A stretch of DNA of 51,789 nt, filler included, from Circinaria calcarea (Eukaryota), in the NCBI GenBank assembly GCA_051942165.1. It is 3 parts of 3 records of this genome, joined end to end, with 100 filler letters (N's around TTAATTAATTAA, not from the genome) between each part and the next. Parts side by side here need not be neighbours in the genome. Positions count along the whole stretch, not along the records: positions 1 to 17,205 come from JAVECS010000281.1; positions 17,306 to 34,504 come from JAVECS010000282.1; 1 more part is not named here. One strand, written 5' to 3'. Positions 12,048-30,233 of the stretch are shown piece by piece. The first letter of the stretch is position 1. Each line of letters opens with the position of its first letter. A model generated the notes under the pieces. It saw only the letters and a program-made list of their open reading frames with translations, had not been told where the DNA came from and did not search any database. A program made the translations under genes and the position numbers.

Positions 12048-15000
12048 ATGTTCTCTTCATGGAAGCAGTTGATTTACTGCACTCTTCAAGCTCAGGTAAA
12101 TCCATTAAACTAGCATATCTATGAGTAACACTAACAACAAGTTTAGGCATACAAGGAAGCCAAGTATGTTGCAGCAGGCTCAACCTGCGAGGTCATTACA
12201 GTCCTAGAGGTAAGCCTTCCTATTAACCCTCTTTGGCGCTGCTGATGATGACTATTTACAGATGGAACCGGATGAACAGAACGAGGTGCCTTTGCCATAT
12301 CCAATCAAAATGGAAGTTGGTCTCTTCAATCATATCAGCAAAGGCAAAGACGGTGTGCCTTTTATCAAGGCTTCTTTCGTCTTGCCTGGTGGGGTTCCAG
12401 ATTCAGAGGCTCTGGATTACCGCGCGATCTTCAACACAGAGCACCGAGTTTACCACATGCAACCCGTAAGCCGACAGCTAAGCGAGAAACCATTCGACTT
12501 ATCCAATGTGGAATGGAAGGGATATCGTCGATCTAACTCTAGCACCCGAAAGACCCGTCGAATTCGCCATGGAGAACACTCAGTATCCCCAATTCCGGTT
12601 GCTGCTCCCGCTCCAGTTGTGGCTCTGCCAATTCAACACACTGGGGAAACCCAAGAAGTAACACAAGTTGCCGAAGCTCCCCAACACCAAATATCCCAAG
12701 TCTCTACTGAACAAACAGCTACCTTGCTCGCACCTGCTGGTGCTTCCTCCACAAACTCGGATGACCATCTCGACTGGGCGGAAGAATCTGAAGAGAATGG
12801 GACCTATGTGCCAATGTCAAGTCGGGTAACACAATCACAAGCATCCAGCTCCACCTCTAGTGACTGGAGCAGCAACTCTGAGGCGCGTAGCGTTTCCGGC
12901 TCCAGCACCCCCGACCCACCTGCATCACTGGAGTTCGGGAAGACATCTGCCGTGTCTGAGGATGGTGCTGAGGAGATTGCAGGATTGGTGGATGCCTCTC
13001 CATCCATGTACAACGAGCACTTTTCTACGCCACGAGATACCATCATATCGGGATCTCCTAGTGGCTGGCTTGAGACGAGGGAACACCATCGACAGGCTAT
13101 TAACGAGCACGTGGCTTCTCTTGACTATGATGTTAACACCCCTGGAGATTTATCAGGGTATTTTGACCGCCTCACTTCACGCTGGAAAGCCACTGCAGTC
13201 TCTACGTCCGACTCGCTGCTCTCAACTCTAGAAATAAGAGAATGCAGTGATGGGACTCTCCAAGGTTACAAGGCCGGCTACTTCGACCACAGCTGGCACC
13301 ACCTCAATTACTACGACATACCCATCTACCACAAATCATTTACTACCCCAGAGGTCTCATTATGGATGGCTCACCAGAACTACAACAAGGGACAGTTCAA
13401 CCGCCTTACGCGCCAGAAAGTCTTGGCTTCCCAAGCTGGCAAGTACATTGACCGTGTACGATATAGCGGTCCCTCAAATATACTCAGCCTACACGGAACT
13501 GCCTTACGTGATGCTGTCACCGGATATGTGGATGTAGCATATCGACCGGTTGGAAAGTGGCAGTTTGATTTGTATAGCTCGGATGAATCCATCCCAGTCT
13601 ATTCTGATCCATGTGACACTTATCGTCACCAGGCCTTCGATAGACATGGTGATGAAATTCTCACGTTTGGGCCCGTTGGTGGCTATGTGATTAACGAGTG
13701 TGACGGCGATTCAGTCGTCAACGATGATGGACGCTTACCACCAGTCACGCTCAGCCGCAACAGGGTAGCAACCAAAGAGAAATCATCACTAAGAATGGTC
13801 TGCAACGTTGATGATGATCTTGAAGAGAAGAGCGAACAGATGCTACTCCAAGAGGAGATCGAGAGTCGAATACCGCTGCAATCTGCAGTACACCTCATGG
13901 AGAATGGTAACGGAATCAGGGATCCCATCCCTACTCGGCCTTCCTCACCGAAGGCGTTTTCATTTGATCGGGATTACCAAGGACCCACCGTCGCATTGGC
14001 GTCCACAACTATCATCGAGGAATCAGCGGACGACATAGACGCTGATGATGCCTACTTTTACGGTGATCCCGACGAAACCACAGAGAGTCAAGCTAAAGAG
14101 ACCGTTGACTCTGCAGGTGATCGTAGTCTTATCTTGGAGGATGATAATACGGACGCTTTGTCTAATGCGTCGACTGAACACGAGGAAGATCCGTCATCAA
14201 TAGGCGCTGATGTGGCCCTGTCCACTGGGCCTACACATTACATCCTATCGCAAGATGTGAACCAGCGACCCGTACACCATGATGCCTCTGCCACGTCGCT
14301 CTTCCACACCGAAACCCCAACTGGTGACATCCAGTTACCACTTGCATACGTCGAGGGTAAAGTTCACGAGGCACAGATCCCTTCAGAGGATTCATTTAAT
14401 GATGGTGACTCTGCTGAAGAATTTACGATCGAGGATAGAATAGCGGACGAAGATATCGTCCCGGATTATCCAGGGGATGAACAGCAAGCAGAGCAGTATG
14501 CTATTGAAGGGGACGCCCTAAAACACATGCAAGCTCAGGAGAAATCGAACGAGGAAGACCGAAGCGCAGACACTGAGGTCAACTCAGTTGCAAGCTTGCA
14601 GAAAGATGAAGACTTGGATGGTTTATCGGATGGGTCGACTGAACATGGAGAGGAGCCACTGTTGGCAGGGGCCAATAGCTCCATCTTTAAGAAAACTAGG
14701 CAGTACATCCTGTCACAAGATCTAGCTGATACGATTGAGCATGGAGGCGAACCACCAGCTCAATCCACTCCCAACATGATACATCGCCACTCCGACATAT
14801 CGTCTGGTGGCCTTGAGCTACCTGTGGAGTCTGTTGAAGCTGACTCTTACATGGTGGAGACGAACGTAGATGAAATTGATGATTACGATATCATGAAAGA
14901 AGATATGATTGAACATGGGGCGTTGAAAGAAGGTAGCATACAGCTGGATGAGCCAAATGGAGAGCGGAAAAGCATCGAAGGGGATGCCCTTCAGACCTCA

Positions 15001-15708
15001 ACAGCACAAGAGATGTTCAGTGAGAAAGTAAACGGTGAGGGTAGTGATAAACCTTTAGGCGCCGATCAGGAGGATGATCCCAAAGCGTTGAACGCCGACA
15101 ATACTGACATCAACGCTATGACTACCGAAGGCATACTTCATAGTAACAACCTTGGAGATACCGTTCATGAGTTCGTGCCCTCTGATAGGGTGACGGAAGA
15201 AGATATCGTTCTAGACTCTGCATTCGATGAGCGTCAAGAGGAGTTGCATGCTGTTGATAATGCTGGAGACACGAGTTACCAATTAGCTCCTACCGCATTA
15301 GCACTACCGGAAGATAGCGACGAGCGGGATCTACAGCCCGAGGAAATTGTTGAGCGCCAGGACACCCCAGATGTGCAGAAGCATTCCCAAGCTGCAAAAG
15401 TGAAGGTCTTCCAGGCTAGAGTAGGGCTAGGGAAAAACTACTGGCAGGACCAACCCCTTCGCTGCCTACTCCACCAAACAAACGCCGTAACATCAACGGC
15501 AAATACTCCTACGGACGAAAATGATACGCTGCCACTGCTATCATCTTTCGTCAGCCACAAGTTGCCTTTTGTCGAGTACAACGACGTGTCCGAGATCCCT
15601 CAACGCCAAAATTCCAATGACTCCATCATTAAGAAATCAACGGTTTCAATTGGGCGGATGGCACGGAAAGTAGTGAGGAAATGCTCTTTGAAGGGATGGA
15701 AGTGGTAG
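12048..15708 (+). CDS. Large acidic hypothetical protein (~1185 aa) with internal repeats
   Basis: A 1148-aa open exon (12262-15708) is preceded by two short in-frame exons, MFSSWKQLIYCTLQAQ and AYKEAKYVAAGSTCEVITVLE, with GTAAAT..TAG and GTAAGC..CAG introns. No family recognised. Confidence 0.8.
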
Positions 15709-15803
15709 GGAAAGGAAAGAGGTTGATGATTATGAAGAAATAATATTCATCAGTCTAGGGAGGGCTTAGGGAAAGGAGGGAAGGGAGAGGGGGTTTTGCT
15801 GAT

Positions 15804-15852
15804 CACGACTTACGACTCACGACTTAGGACTCACGACTTACGACTTACGAAT
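15804..15852. repeat. Heptamer tandem repeat (YACGACT) x7 downstream of the orphan gene
   Basis: cacgact tacgact cacgact taggact cacgact tacgact tacgaat. Confidence 0.85.
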
Positions 15853-16699
15853 CACACAACATACAATATTCGCATTGAAGATGAATATCGAATTTCACAA
15901 GAATTGGACACAAGCGTGTCTCCTTACAGCATTGGATTGTGCATGAGCGTTAGATTTTACCAAGCATTGAGTCTACGGATACGAGCCATCAAACCTCTTA
16001 CCAGCATTCGGTTTTCCCCATCATTAAACTTTTCATCAGCACTAGACCTGGGAAGCATTGCGCACGGAGACATGTAACATGAGCATCGAACACGGGGACA
16101 GGAGATAAGCGTTGGACAAGAGCTTCGGGGTCCTTACCCTCATCGAGGTTACAAAAGCATTTGGGATTCTCTCAGCTTAGGATTGGAGTTCGGGGACACG
16201 GCTGTTACATTCTTACCAGCATGGTTTTACTAGTATCAAGTTTCACAGTCATTATTAGTTCAGGGTAGGAGAAGTAAGCAAAAGCAAGCCAGGGCTTCTT
16301 CAAGGTTTTCATTGGCGTCGGATGGGATAATTAGGTTTTGCGCATTGTGGGTACCGGAATAGGTTTCCCAAAGTTTATCATTTAGCGTTTATTTTCATCA
16401 GATGCTGGTTTTAACGGTACAAGTAGCGCTTGGGTGAGGATTCTACCCGGGCGCATTTTGCCTTTGGGAAGTGTTCCGAGAGGGAGTGGGTTTAGGGGAG
16501 GATGGAGGCGTTTTGGCTTTTATGGGATCTGTGGTTTAGATGGGAGGCAGATTGAATTGGTCATGTTGTTGTGTGCATGTTTATAGGCAACAACACCTAC
16601 AGTGCTACATCTGATCTGGCTCTGCAAGTTCAAGTGATGGAAACCACCAGCCTGAGTGCAAAAGATCATCCTCCCTAAGCCATCTCCCATAACCCTTCT

Positions 16700-17205
16700 T
16701 TATAACTTCGACCGCCCTTCCAACGCCTCTTCAACAAGTTTCGCCGCAACCTGCGAGCAGCCATACGAAGATTGATACCCAAATCCTCCGTGACCATAGT
16801 TATGCACCGTCCACACCCCTCTAATCTTCTCCTTCTCGAGTCTTACTCCACTGGTGCGCAGCGGCCTCAGGCCCACACCGTGGCGGATAATGCTGAGATG
16901 CTCGATCCCCTTGCCGCCGGTGAGTGCCGGACACAGATCGACAGCTCTCTGCATGATCCTCGTGGCAAGGTTGGGATCCACTTGGGAGTCCCAGTTGCCC
17001 TTTTGGTAGCAGCCTCCTATGATAGTACCGCCGCCTTTTGTTTGCTTCGTTAGATGAAGTTCGTAGAGATGCGGGGCGTGGAGACGTACCTGCAGCTCTC
17101 TGCATGATATAGCAGACCTCGTCTTCAGGCCCATCATCCGTCCCCGAGACCGAAAACATGACCCCAGGATCGTTCCTGACGAGCACGATCTGCGCTCGTG
17201 CAGGA
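16700..17205 (-). CDS. D-amino acid oxidase, 3' part (5' end lost at contig gap)
   Basis: Motifs YIMQRAAG|GGTIIGGCYQKGNWD, IIRHGVGLRPLR and VHNYGHGGFGYQSSYG, with a C-terminal PTS1 SKL. Confidence 0.95.
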
Positions 17206-17305
17206 NNNNNNNNNNNNNNNNNNNNNNNNNNNNNNNNNNNNNNNNNNNNTTAATTAATTAANNNNNNNNNNNNNNNNNNNNNNNNNNNNNNNNNNNNNNN
17301 NNNNN
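17206..17305. other. Artificial contig linker (44N + TTAATTAATTAA + 44N)
   Basis: The palindromic 12-mer gives stops in all six frames and is flanked by Ns. An identical linker occurs at 34505. Confidence 0.97.
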
Positions 17306-17469
17306 GGACCTTTTCCTTGCGACTCAAATATCTCTCTGCTGTCGTCGCTGCAGTATACTGCTTTCACGTTCCTTACCGTCAGACTCGTGCCTGCGCTGAG
17401 CTTCTCCATTCTTTGTCCTTTCAAAGGCTCTTGTCCTTCCTTTAACAAAGCCTTGTTGTTGATAGCCAT
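17306..17469 (-). CDS. Possible 5' fragment of a gene running into the gap
   Basis: ATG-initiated frame MAINNKALLKEGQEPLKG... stays open to the linker; no motif recognised. Confidence 0.25.
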
Positions 17470-17800
17470 CTTTGTTCTACCTTGTCCCTACACCCATCAC
17501 CCATATCGATTACTGTGGTAGATCCCCGAGTCTTCCTAGGAATTCTAGCAGAGTACAGAGTCACGTCTTTTTCGAGACATTATATTCACCGCCGCGGCGA
17601 ATAAACCTCATAGAAATATTCAATTTCATCATCCTGCACAAAACCAACATTCGGGCAGTGCCCATCCTATTCTACCTGTATATTTTGCGCGTTCTCTTCC
17701 TACCATCTTCGATCTCTATCAAGGCAGGACCTTAAGAAAACACAAGGCCTATAGAAAGGAATTATCCTATACCAAGGGCCAGAACTCACTCGTCGTCCAT

Positions 17801-19444
17801 ATGAAGCTTATCAACGCTGTGTCGTCGGTAGCCTGTCTGTTTCCTCTTTCAACAACTGTCTTGGCTTTACCTGCCGATGAATTCCCGGTGAGGCACCACG
17901 CAGTCGGGGTACGGCATCTGAAACACAGCCATCACCATCGGCATTCAGGTAGACCCAGTCCTACAGCGGCAGGAACCGGCACTGGCGGCGCTGCTGCTCC
18001 CACCGGCTACTACCCAACAGGTAACTGGACCTATGCTGCGGTCTCCAGCTCTGTTTCTCCGCTGTCTGGTAGAGCGCCAGGCGTTACCCCTTCCACATTC
18101 GCCACCGCGTCCTATTCAGCCAGCTCGTTAGCCACTGCCGTATACCCAACGACTTCTGCTCTACTTCCTCCAAACATAACAAGTGCTGTAGCATCATCTA
18201 CAATGGCTTATGCAACCCCCACTACCTCGGTGGCAAATGGCGAATTCCTTTACGGAGTTAATGTTGGGAATTGGCTCATCCTAGAGAAATGGATGGATCC
18301 AAACTTCTTCAGCGCTAGCGGTGCTTCTGATGCCGTTGATCAGTGGACATTTGATTCTACACCGGGAGTAATTTCGAGCCTCGAGCGACATTGGTCTACT
18401 TGGTTTACTGAAGACGACGTCAAGAATTTGAAGGTTTATGGTATCAATGCGTAAGTGTATCCTGTTTATCCTCACTGGATCATGTGCTGACCGTACTTTA
18501 GACTCCGCATCCCCATCGGCTTCTGGGCGTATGATAACTCTAACACACCATATCTCCAAGGGGCAGATGCGTACTTGGAAAAAGCGATCGGCTGGGCCAG
18601 ATCGCAAGGGATGAAAGTATGGGTCGACTGCCATGGGAGCCCCGGCTCGCAAAACGGCCAAGATCATTCCGGCCACAAAGGAGCGGTGGAATGGCAACAG
18701 AACGACAATCTCAACAAGTCGACGGCGGTTCTGGTTGCCATGGCTCAAAAATACGGCGCCCAGGAATACGCCGACGTGGTCGTTGGCCTCGAAATTGTCA
18801 ACGAACCTACCGCGAATGCACCTAACAACTTCGATGTCAGTAAACAATGGGCAGTTGACGCTTATCACGCCATCAAAGCTGTAGCCACCAACCCTAACCT
18901 CGTCATCGTCACTCACGATTCCTTCCGGGGTCCGAGCAACTTTATCGATATTGCAAGGTCCCTTGGTGACGCAAATGGCGCGGGTACCTTTGGCGTCGAT
19001 GTGCACGAATATCAACTCTTTACCGACCACGAAAACACCTTCACTCAACCTCAGCACATCAGCGAGGCCTGCGGCTGGGCAAATGACCTCAAGTCAGCCA
19101 ACGCGGTCATGCCACTCTACGTGGGCGAATGGAGTACCTTGACAAACGTCTGTGTCGCAAAAGATGGCACCACCACTCCCGGGAGTGTCTGCACGACCGA
19201 TCAATGCCAGTGCGTGAGTAACGTGGACCCGAAGGACTATTTCCCATGGACGAAGGAGCAGGTGCGGCGGTATGTGGAAGCGCAGTTGGACGTGTGGGAG
19301 GCGAGCACGAACGGCTACTTCCTCTGGGCCTGGGGTGGACCGGGGGGTTGGAGCTTCTTGGACCAGATCAATGCCGGGGTCATCCCGAACCCGGTGAACG
19401 ATAGAGCGGGTCGGTTGTACCCAGGACAATGTGGGGGGCTATAG
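17801..19444 (+). CDS. Secreted GH5 glucan exo-1,3-beta-glucosidase (Exg-like) with His-rich and Ser/Thr-rich N-terminal extension; 1 intron
   Basis: Signal peptide, then GVNVGNWLILEKWM, LRIPIGFWAY, WVDCHGSPGSQNGQDHSG, NEP (acid/base), DVHEYQ and VGEWS (nucleophile). Confidence 0.95.
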
Positions 19445-20106
19445 GCCGGTAGTGTATCTGGATTGAGAGTGGTTTTGGATGCATATGTCCAGTCCTTCTA
19501 CTTTTGATCATCTAAAGGAAATACTTCTCTACCAGGTAGCTAGATTTACATTTCTACATGAGTTTCAACGGGGTGAAAGCCTACCGCGCTTCGAAAATCC
19601 ACTCAAGCCGTTCCTCTTCTCCTACTTTCATGTCCGTACCATATTCGCAAACAATAAGCCCGCGATAGGTTCCTACGTTGCCCTTTAATCGACATATTAG
19701 ATTCATACGCTGTAAATAATTTTACTCTAGTAGAGATGTGTGTAATTAGGTTTTAACTGTTTCGTGTATAGGGGTCTACTAAGTGGGATTTTCGGCTACT
19801 TTAGCATGGGGGGGGGGGGGGGCCGCTGCACACCTGCATATGTCGCCCTAAAACGGTACATACTGATTTCCAATCTTCAGCCCTACCCGAGCCGTTGGAC
19901 CGTTGGAGCCATTCCCGACGAGGTTACCACGTCATGTGAAGTTCGGAGAAATAAATGCCGACCCTTGGCCGATAATTATCAACGGGATGCTCTGAGATGA
20001 ATTCTAGCCTTGCCGTCAGTATCTCTGTGTTGTCTCCTTTTACACGTTCTTATCCTTCGTTATACGGAGCCAACTCATACTTGAAGCGGCCGACTATCGG
20101 GAGAGC

Positions 20107-25261
<5,155 letters not shown>

Positions 25262-27218
25262 GTTAGTTCCAACAATGGGCTCTGGCCTTGAAACTTGATT
25301 CCTTGGCGCTGCCTTTGGTAGACCAATGGCTTCGGCAGGCATGATATGCACGCCCGTTTGTTTTCTGCAGCCGTAAACGCCCCGTCTCTTGAGACGCGGG
25401 TATTTGACCATAGAAAGCTCCGAACCAATATTTGTTGCACCAAATCACGTTCACCGAGGCCTTGTGGCCACCTAAATTCACCTGGCGATCTGGACTTGCA
25501 CTGCATGAGTGATATCAACACTAACCCGGTTAGCGGCAGCTTTCATGCGGCAGAGCTGCCAGACGACACTCGACACTGCCATCTCCTGTCTGACTCCAGT
25601 GATTTCCCACGGGCTCAACGCCGCATGAAGGGAGGGGAGGGGTGAGGGGAAGGTGAGTGTGCCGCAAGACCCGACCTGAGGGGACCAGTCTCATTTGGTG
25701 AATGCCGGCCACCAACTAATAAGAGATCGCCAACATGACGGCCCAACCGCTTCGGAAACCGGGATGCTCTGACGCAGATCGTCGTCTTGGACAATCGACG
25801 ACCCCTGAATCCCTCCATCCTTCCAATCGAGGGTAGGTATAGACGGCGCCAACGCGGAGGAAAGCGCGCGCGCTTCCAAAGAGGGCTCGATTACTCAACC
25901 GGTACGATGTGAAAGGGCCGTGGGGATGGGGCAGCACTCGAACAGGTCCTCTTGATGATTGCCTACTCCGGATCCGATACGGGTAGATTGGAAGAATCCA
26001 TTCATCTGCAGGCGATAGTCTCGCTTAAAGGGAGCCACGCTCCCTCACTCCATGCATGAATCTCAGATCCGATTCGACTACGGGTACGCTCAACCTCTAA
26101 TCGTTTTCTTTGCACGTAGCACCAAAGTACGAGAGTCGAGTCGCACGGCGTCATAAGTCTTTTCGCCAGGTTCCACGACTCACATCAGTTGTGATCGGAG
26201 AGTAATGCTGTCGTCCTGCACCAGGGTGGTGCTTTTTTTTCCCCTGGGCCACAGTAAGGGATGTCCAGCCACAGCATGAGAATGGTTATGCTGAGCGTCA
26301 ACCCTCTGTGTTCTTGGCCGAGTCTTCGCCGAGAATTGCCATTGGGCTTTGAAAGGCGAGGGCATTGCATCGTACATGAAGACCGAAACTCTTTCGGAGC
26401 AGGCCCCCCCCTTTTTCCCGTCACGCTCGAAGCAAATACCTGGCCTGGCCTGGCATGTTCCCTAAGACATCATCTGTAAAATCATGCTTGCGGCACCACG
26501 CGCATGAAGCTTCTAATATGGTGACTGCAATCGTGTAACACCAATCATGGTGACCCTTCATACTTGCCCATATATTTACAGCAACCAAGAGCCTGTCTCT
26601 CCACACTAATGTATTAAGTTCGGCCTTCCTTCCGAACCACCTTGCTGTGATCCTTTCAAACTTTATCGCAGCCTCGCGAGATTGGTTGCTTTAGTTGTGC
26701 AACCTGAATATCAAATCGCCTGCAAACTGCTCTCCACCTCTGACCGCTAATCCATTCCGTCGTCCGCCTCACCACCTCAGATCATTGAAGTCTACGATTA
26801 ACGAGTAAGCGTTTCTGTATCGTTTGCGTCTATGATGTATTTTCTGCCGTTTATTTATGCTACGACTTGGCCATACCTGATTTTATGAACTCATCTCTAT
26901 ATTCAAGTGCCTTGGTTAAGCCGTTCTAACCTGATTCTGCTTACTCTCATTACCAACTGCTCCTCTTGCTCCTCGTTTCTACTTCCTCCTTTACAAGACT
27001 GAACTGCAATTTTTCAATTCTGCGACAAGATTTCGCAACGATGTTACTAATCGATTCTGTCCTAGTTTTGGCCCTCTATAAAAACAGGATTACTTACTGG
27101 TTTTCTATGTTCGACTGGGAATCGGCGCAGTGTCTCGGGCGATTTCCAAACCGCAAAGGCCTGATTGTCTGCCTCGAGTTGCTGGCCTCAGCCGCTAAAG
27201 TCGCCGATAACTCTCGAC

Positions 27219-29413
27219 ATGGCCCGAGGTACTCCCATGAAAAAGGCTTCGAAAAAAAGCTTCGATCGCGGTCATGAACAGCCCCCGGACTCTTCACACG
27301 ATAATGTACACGCTCAATGGGGTTCACCACTGCAGGTTTTTGGCTCGCAGACGAACCCAAGTCGGGTACCATTGGTGGGTATCGATTTGCTTATGCCTCT
27401 CTCCGTCGGAGACTCCCTGCTAATATTCAAAGTCTTCGAATCAAGTAAAAGCATCAAGACGTCCAGCCAACTTCCGTCCGAGCGTTTTTGCTTTGGTATA
27501 CGTTGACCACGAAGGACAGTTGCGGTGGGAAATATCGGGGAAGGGAAGTAGTGTCACGCGGGAAGAATTTTGTCAAGGTTTTGTCCATATAATGGACCAT
27601 GGTACCGTCGAGGAAAGCAGTGGCTCAGATGGTAGGAACACTTCCTAGAATCGTCTGCTATCACCATGCTTGTCTCACCGAGAACACTGACCTGGTTTAG
27701 ACATTGCTGATGAGCATGATTGCCACGAGGGTCAACTCGGCAGCGAATCTACAATCAAAAATTGCGGTCGCTCTATCCAAAATTTGACGAACGAAAGGCG
27801 AGAGTGTCCTAAACCGAGAATCCCTCGGGCGCAGGAGTCGAACCCAAGTACCGCCAAACTAGTCTCACCAGCATTATGCCTACAGCCCGTTTCTCAAACG
27901 CAACAGCCGGATGCTGAGGAGAACAAACGAGAAGACGATGAATATGCCGGTGCGGGAACGATACAAAAACAGATCATGGTCGGTGATGAAGAAGCCATGA
28001 AAAATTATTACCTCACTCGTTTTAAACAGATACAACAAGTACCCTGTAAAAGTATCGCCAAAGCTTGGATCAAGCTTATCGAACCGAAGAAGCAAGTGAA
28101 GCATCCATACAATGGTGGCAAGAAAGCGAGGAGCATGGGAATTATGAAGAATGGTGGTGAACTAACTCGGCCTGATTGGTGGCCTAAGAGAGGGTGTCCA
28201 CACAAAGAGCCTGACCACCAAAAGAAAGAACGTAAGAGGAATAACTTCTCTGTAAGGAGTCCTCTGCTGATATTTCGACAAGCTCGGCTCAATCTCTTAC
28301 TGCATATGCTACGAGATTTAACGAATGGCCGGGTTGGGAGAGATGGCCAAGAGGTCACCGTCGACCAACTGCAAAAGAGTACCGACGAGATCCCTCACTT
28401 GACTGAGGCTACCCGCATGTTCCTTGCAGAAGTATACACTGTGAGACGCCAAGAGTTGCGATACCTACAGAAAGAGATTGGCAAGTAGCACACAACTGCC
28501 ACATCTTCATCTCCACTAACTTTACCATGTAGACGCCGAAGAGCGGATTTCAATTACTTTGCCAGATCGAGAACCTCAAAGGCAGCAGAGAAAGGGAAAG
28601 GCCACACCACGCACACAACGTAAACAGGGAAAGTCGCAACCTCTCTCGAAACCTGTGCCAACTATAATGTGTGATCCGAGCCAGCAATCTCATCCGGAAA
28701 GTTTAATATCGCCTGGGTCACAGCCGTCTCTGCGGGATTACAAACAAGCATCAACGTTTAGTAATGATCCTACGACCTTGCAGATGAGCGGTGGCCAGCC
28801 ACAAAGCGAAGACGGCATTGGCACTAGTTTTGGGATAGCACGAACCCTTCCGGACCGACCACCGTTTTCGGAAATGAATATCGATTTCTCTCGGTACTAT
28901 GGGCCGCCGATATCTAGTCCAGTGGTACATCCCCTCTACTCCGCTGACTTGACTCAGCAAGGCGGCGGTAGTTATACGTTCAGCGCAAAGGGGCCACCCC
29001 AGTCCCTCCAAGAGCTTGAAGTGTTACAGAGGGCATGTACGCTTGGAGTGTCCCAAATGTACTTGCAGACCCCAACACAGGATACCAGCTGGCAATCACC
29101 TTCATTTCCGCAAGCGGGCCAAGATCTTGCTAACTGGGACTTTGCGTCAACGCCATACATTCCGCAAAACGTCACGCAGATACCGCATACCCTTCCCGGC
29201 CCAATAATCGACACTCAACAATACATGTCACCTCCTGTGCAAGAGATGTCCCATCCTTACCCCAAAGATCTGACGTTACAAAGCCCGCCCATGACGCTGA
29301 AACCTCAGCTGCCCAGTAATCAGTTCCAGTTTGCCTCCATTAGTCAACCGGCTCATGGGCTGCCTAATCAATATAGAGCACATGCACAACCGGGTTATTA
29401 CCAGGAACAGTAG
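27219..29413 (+). CDS. DUF2841 (YDR124W-like) domain protein with Q/P-rich C-terminus; start approximate
   Basis: [33 protein letters not shown]...RPDWWP...HKEPDH matches the recalled family pattern. Several GT-AG introns; the ATG at 27219 is inferred. Confidence 0.75.
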
Positions 29414-30233
29414 CTGCTAGTCACTCTCCTCGACCGACTGCCGAAGCGCGACGGGCCATTGGGCGAGTCTAATGAATTACGAAACCCTGACGAATATCTT
29501 GACATCTCAGCGCTGTACCGAGTGGATCCCAATCCGCGGTTGTTCCGGTTTCATATCCACCAACCAAAAAGTGCTTTTACGTTTTTGTTTCTATACCGGT
29601 GTTATTAGCGCTCAGCACGCGCGGGTCTCGCTGCTAACCGCGTCTATATGGGTAATACCTGTCTGTAGTATTTGCTGTTTTCTTAAGCCAAAACTAGAAT
29701 CTTGCCTCACCGGCTCAAAAGTTTGGGGAAAGGGGGGGGGGGGGAGAAGGGAGTGGATCTTGTGATTAATGAGCTTGATAGCTGTTCTGACGGGTCGCTC
29801 ATCGATGTACGTTCGTATAGGGTACTCTGTACCCGCTCAGAAACTGTTTTAAACAAGCTGGCTGGGTTTGTGAAAGGTGTCTTATTGTGTAATCGCTGGA
29901 ATGAAGAAGACGGCATTTGTAGCTTATCATTGTCGGTAGACGTCCGACATTCAGTAGAGTTTCCGCATGTTTACACGTATGCGGATTTTCCTATTCAGCC
30001 CAGCCCTATAGATAATGACGCTAAACAGAGCTAAGGCGTTCCACAACAACTTGCTGTGTCTAACGCCCATTATTGCAGTAGACTATTCATGCCAATATTC
30101 AATAACAAAAGCCTTCACCTTTTACATTGGAGACACCCTTGAGACCTCGATTACCTTCTCTACCTTCCAGCATTCCCTCTAGGCTTAATGGGCATTCGCC
30201 GCAAGATCCGACATCTCACGGTGTGTCGGCGCA

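Noticed and set aside
17250..17261. TTAATTAATTAA palindrome as a biological site
   Set aside because: Embedded in Ns and repeated identically at 34549-34560, so it is an assembly linker.
18281..19057. 258-aa antisense ORF (likewise 22427-23095 and 34016-34501)
   Set aside because: Antisense shadows of the GH5, YCF1 and SAC3 coding exons.
25263..27200. Short ORFs between ycf1 and the DUF2841 gene
   Set aside because: No family motifs; consistent with a long promoter/5'UTR.
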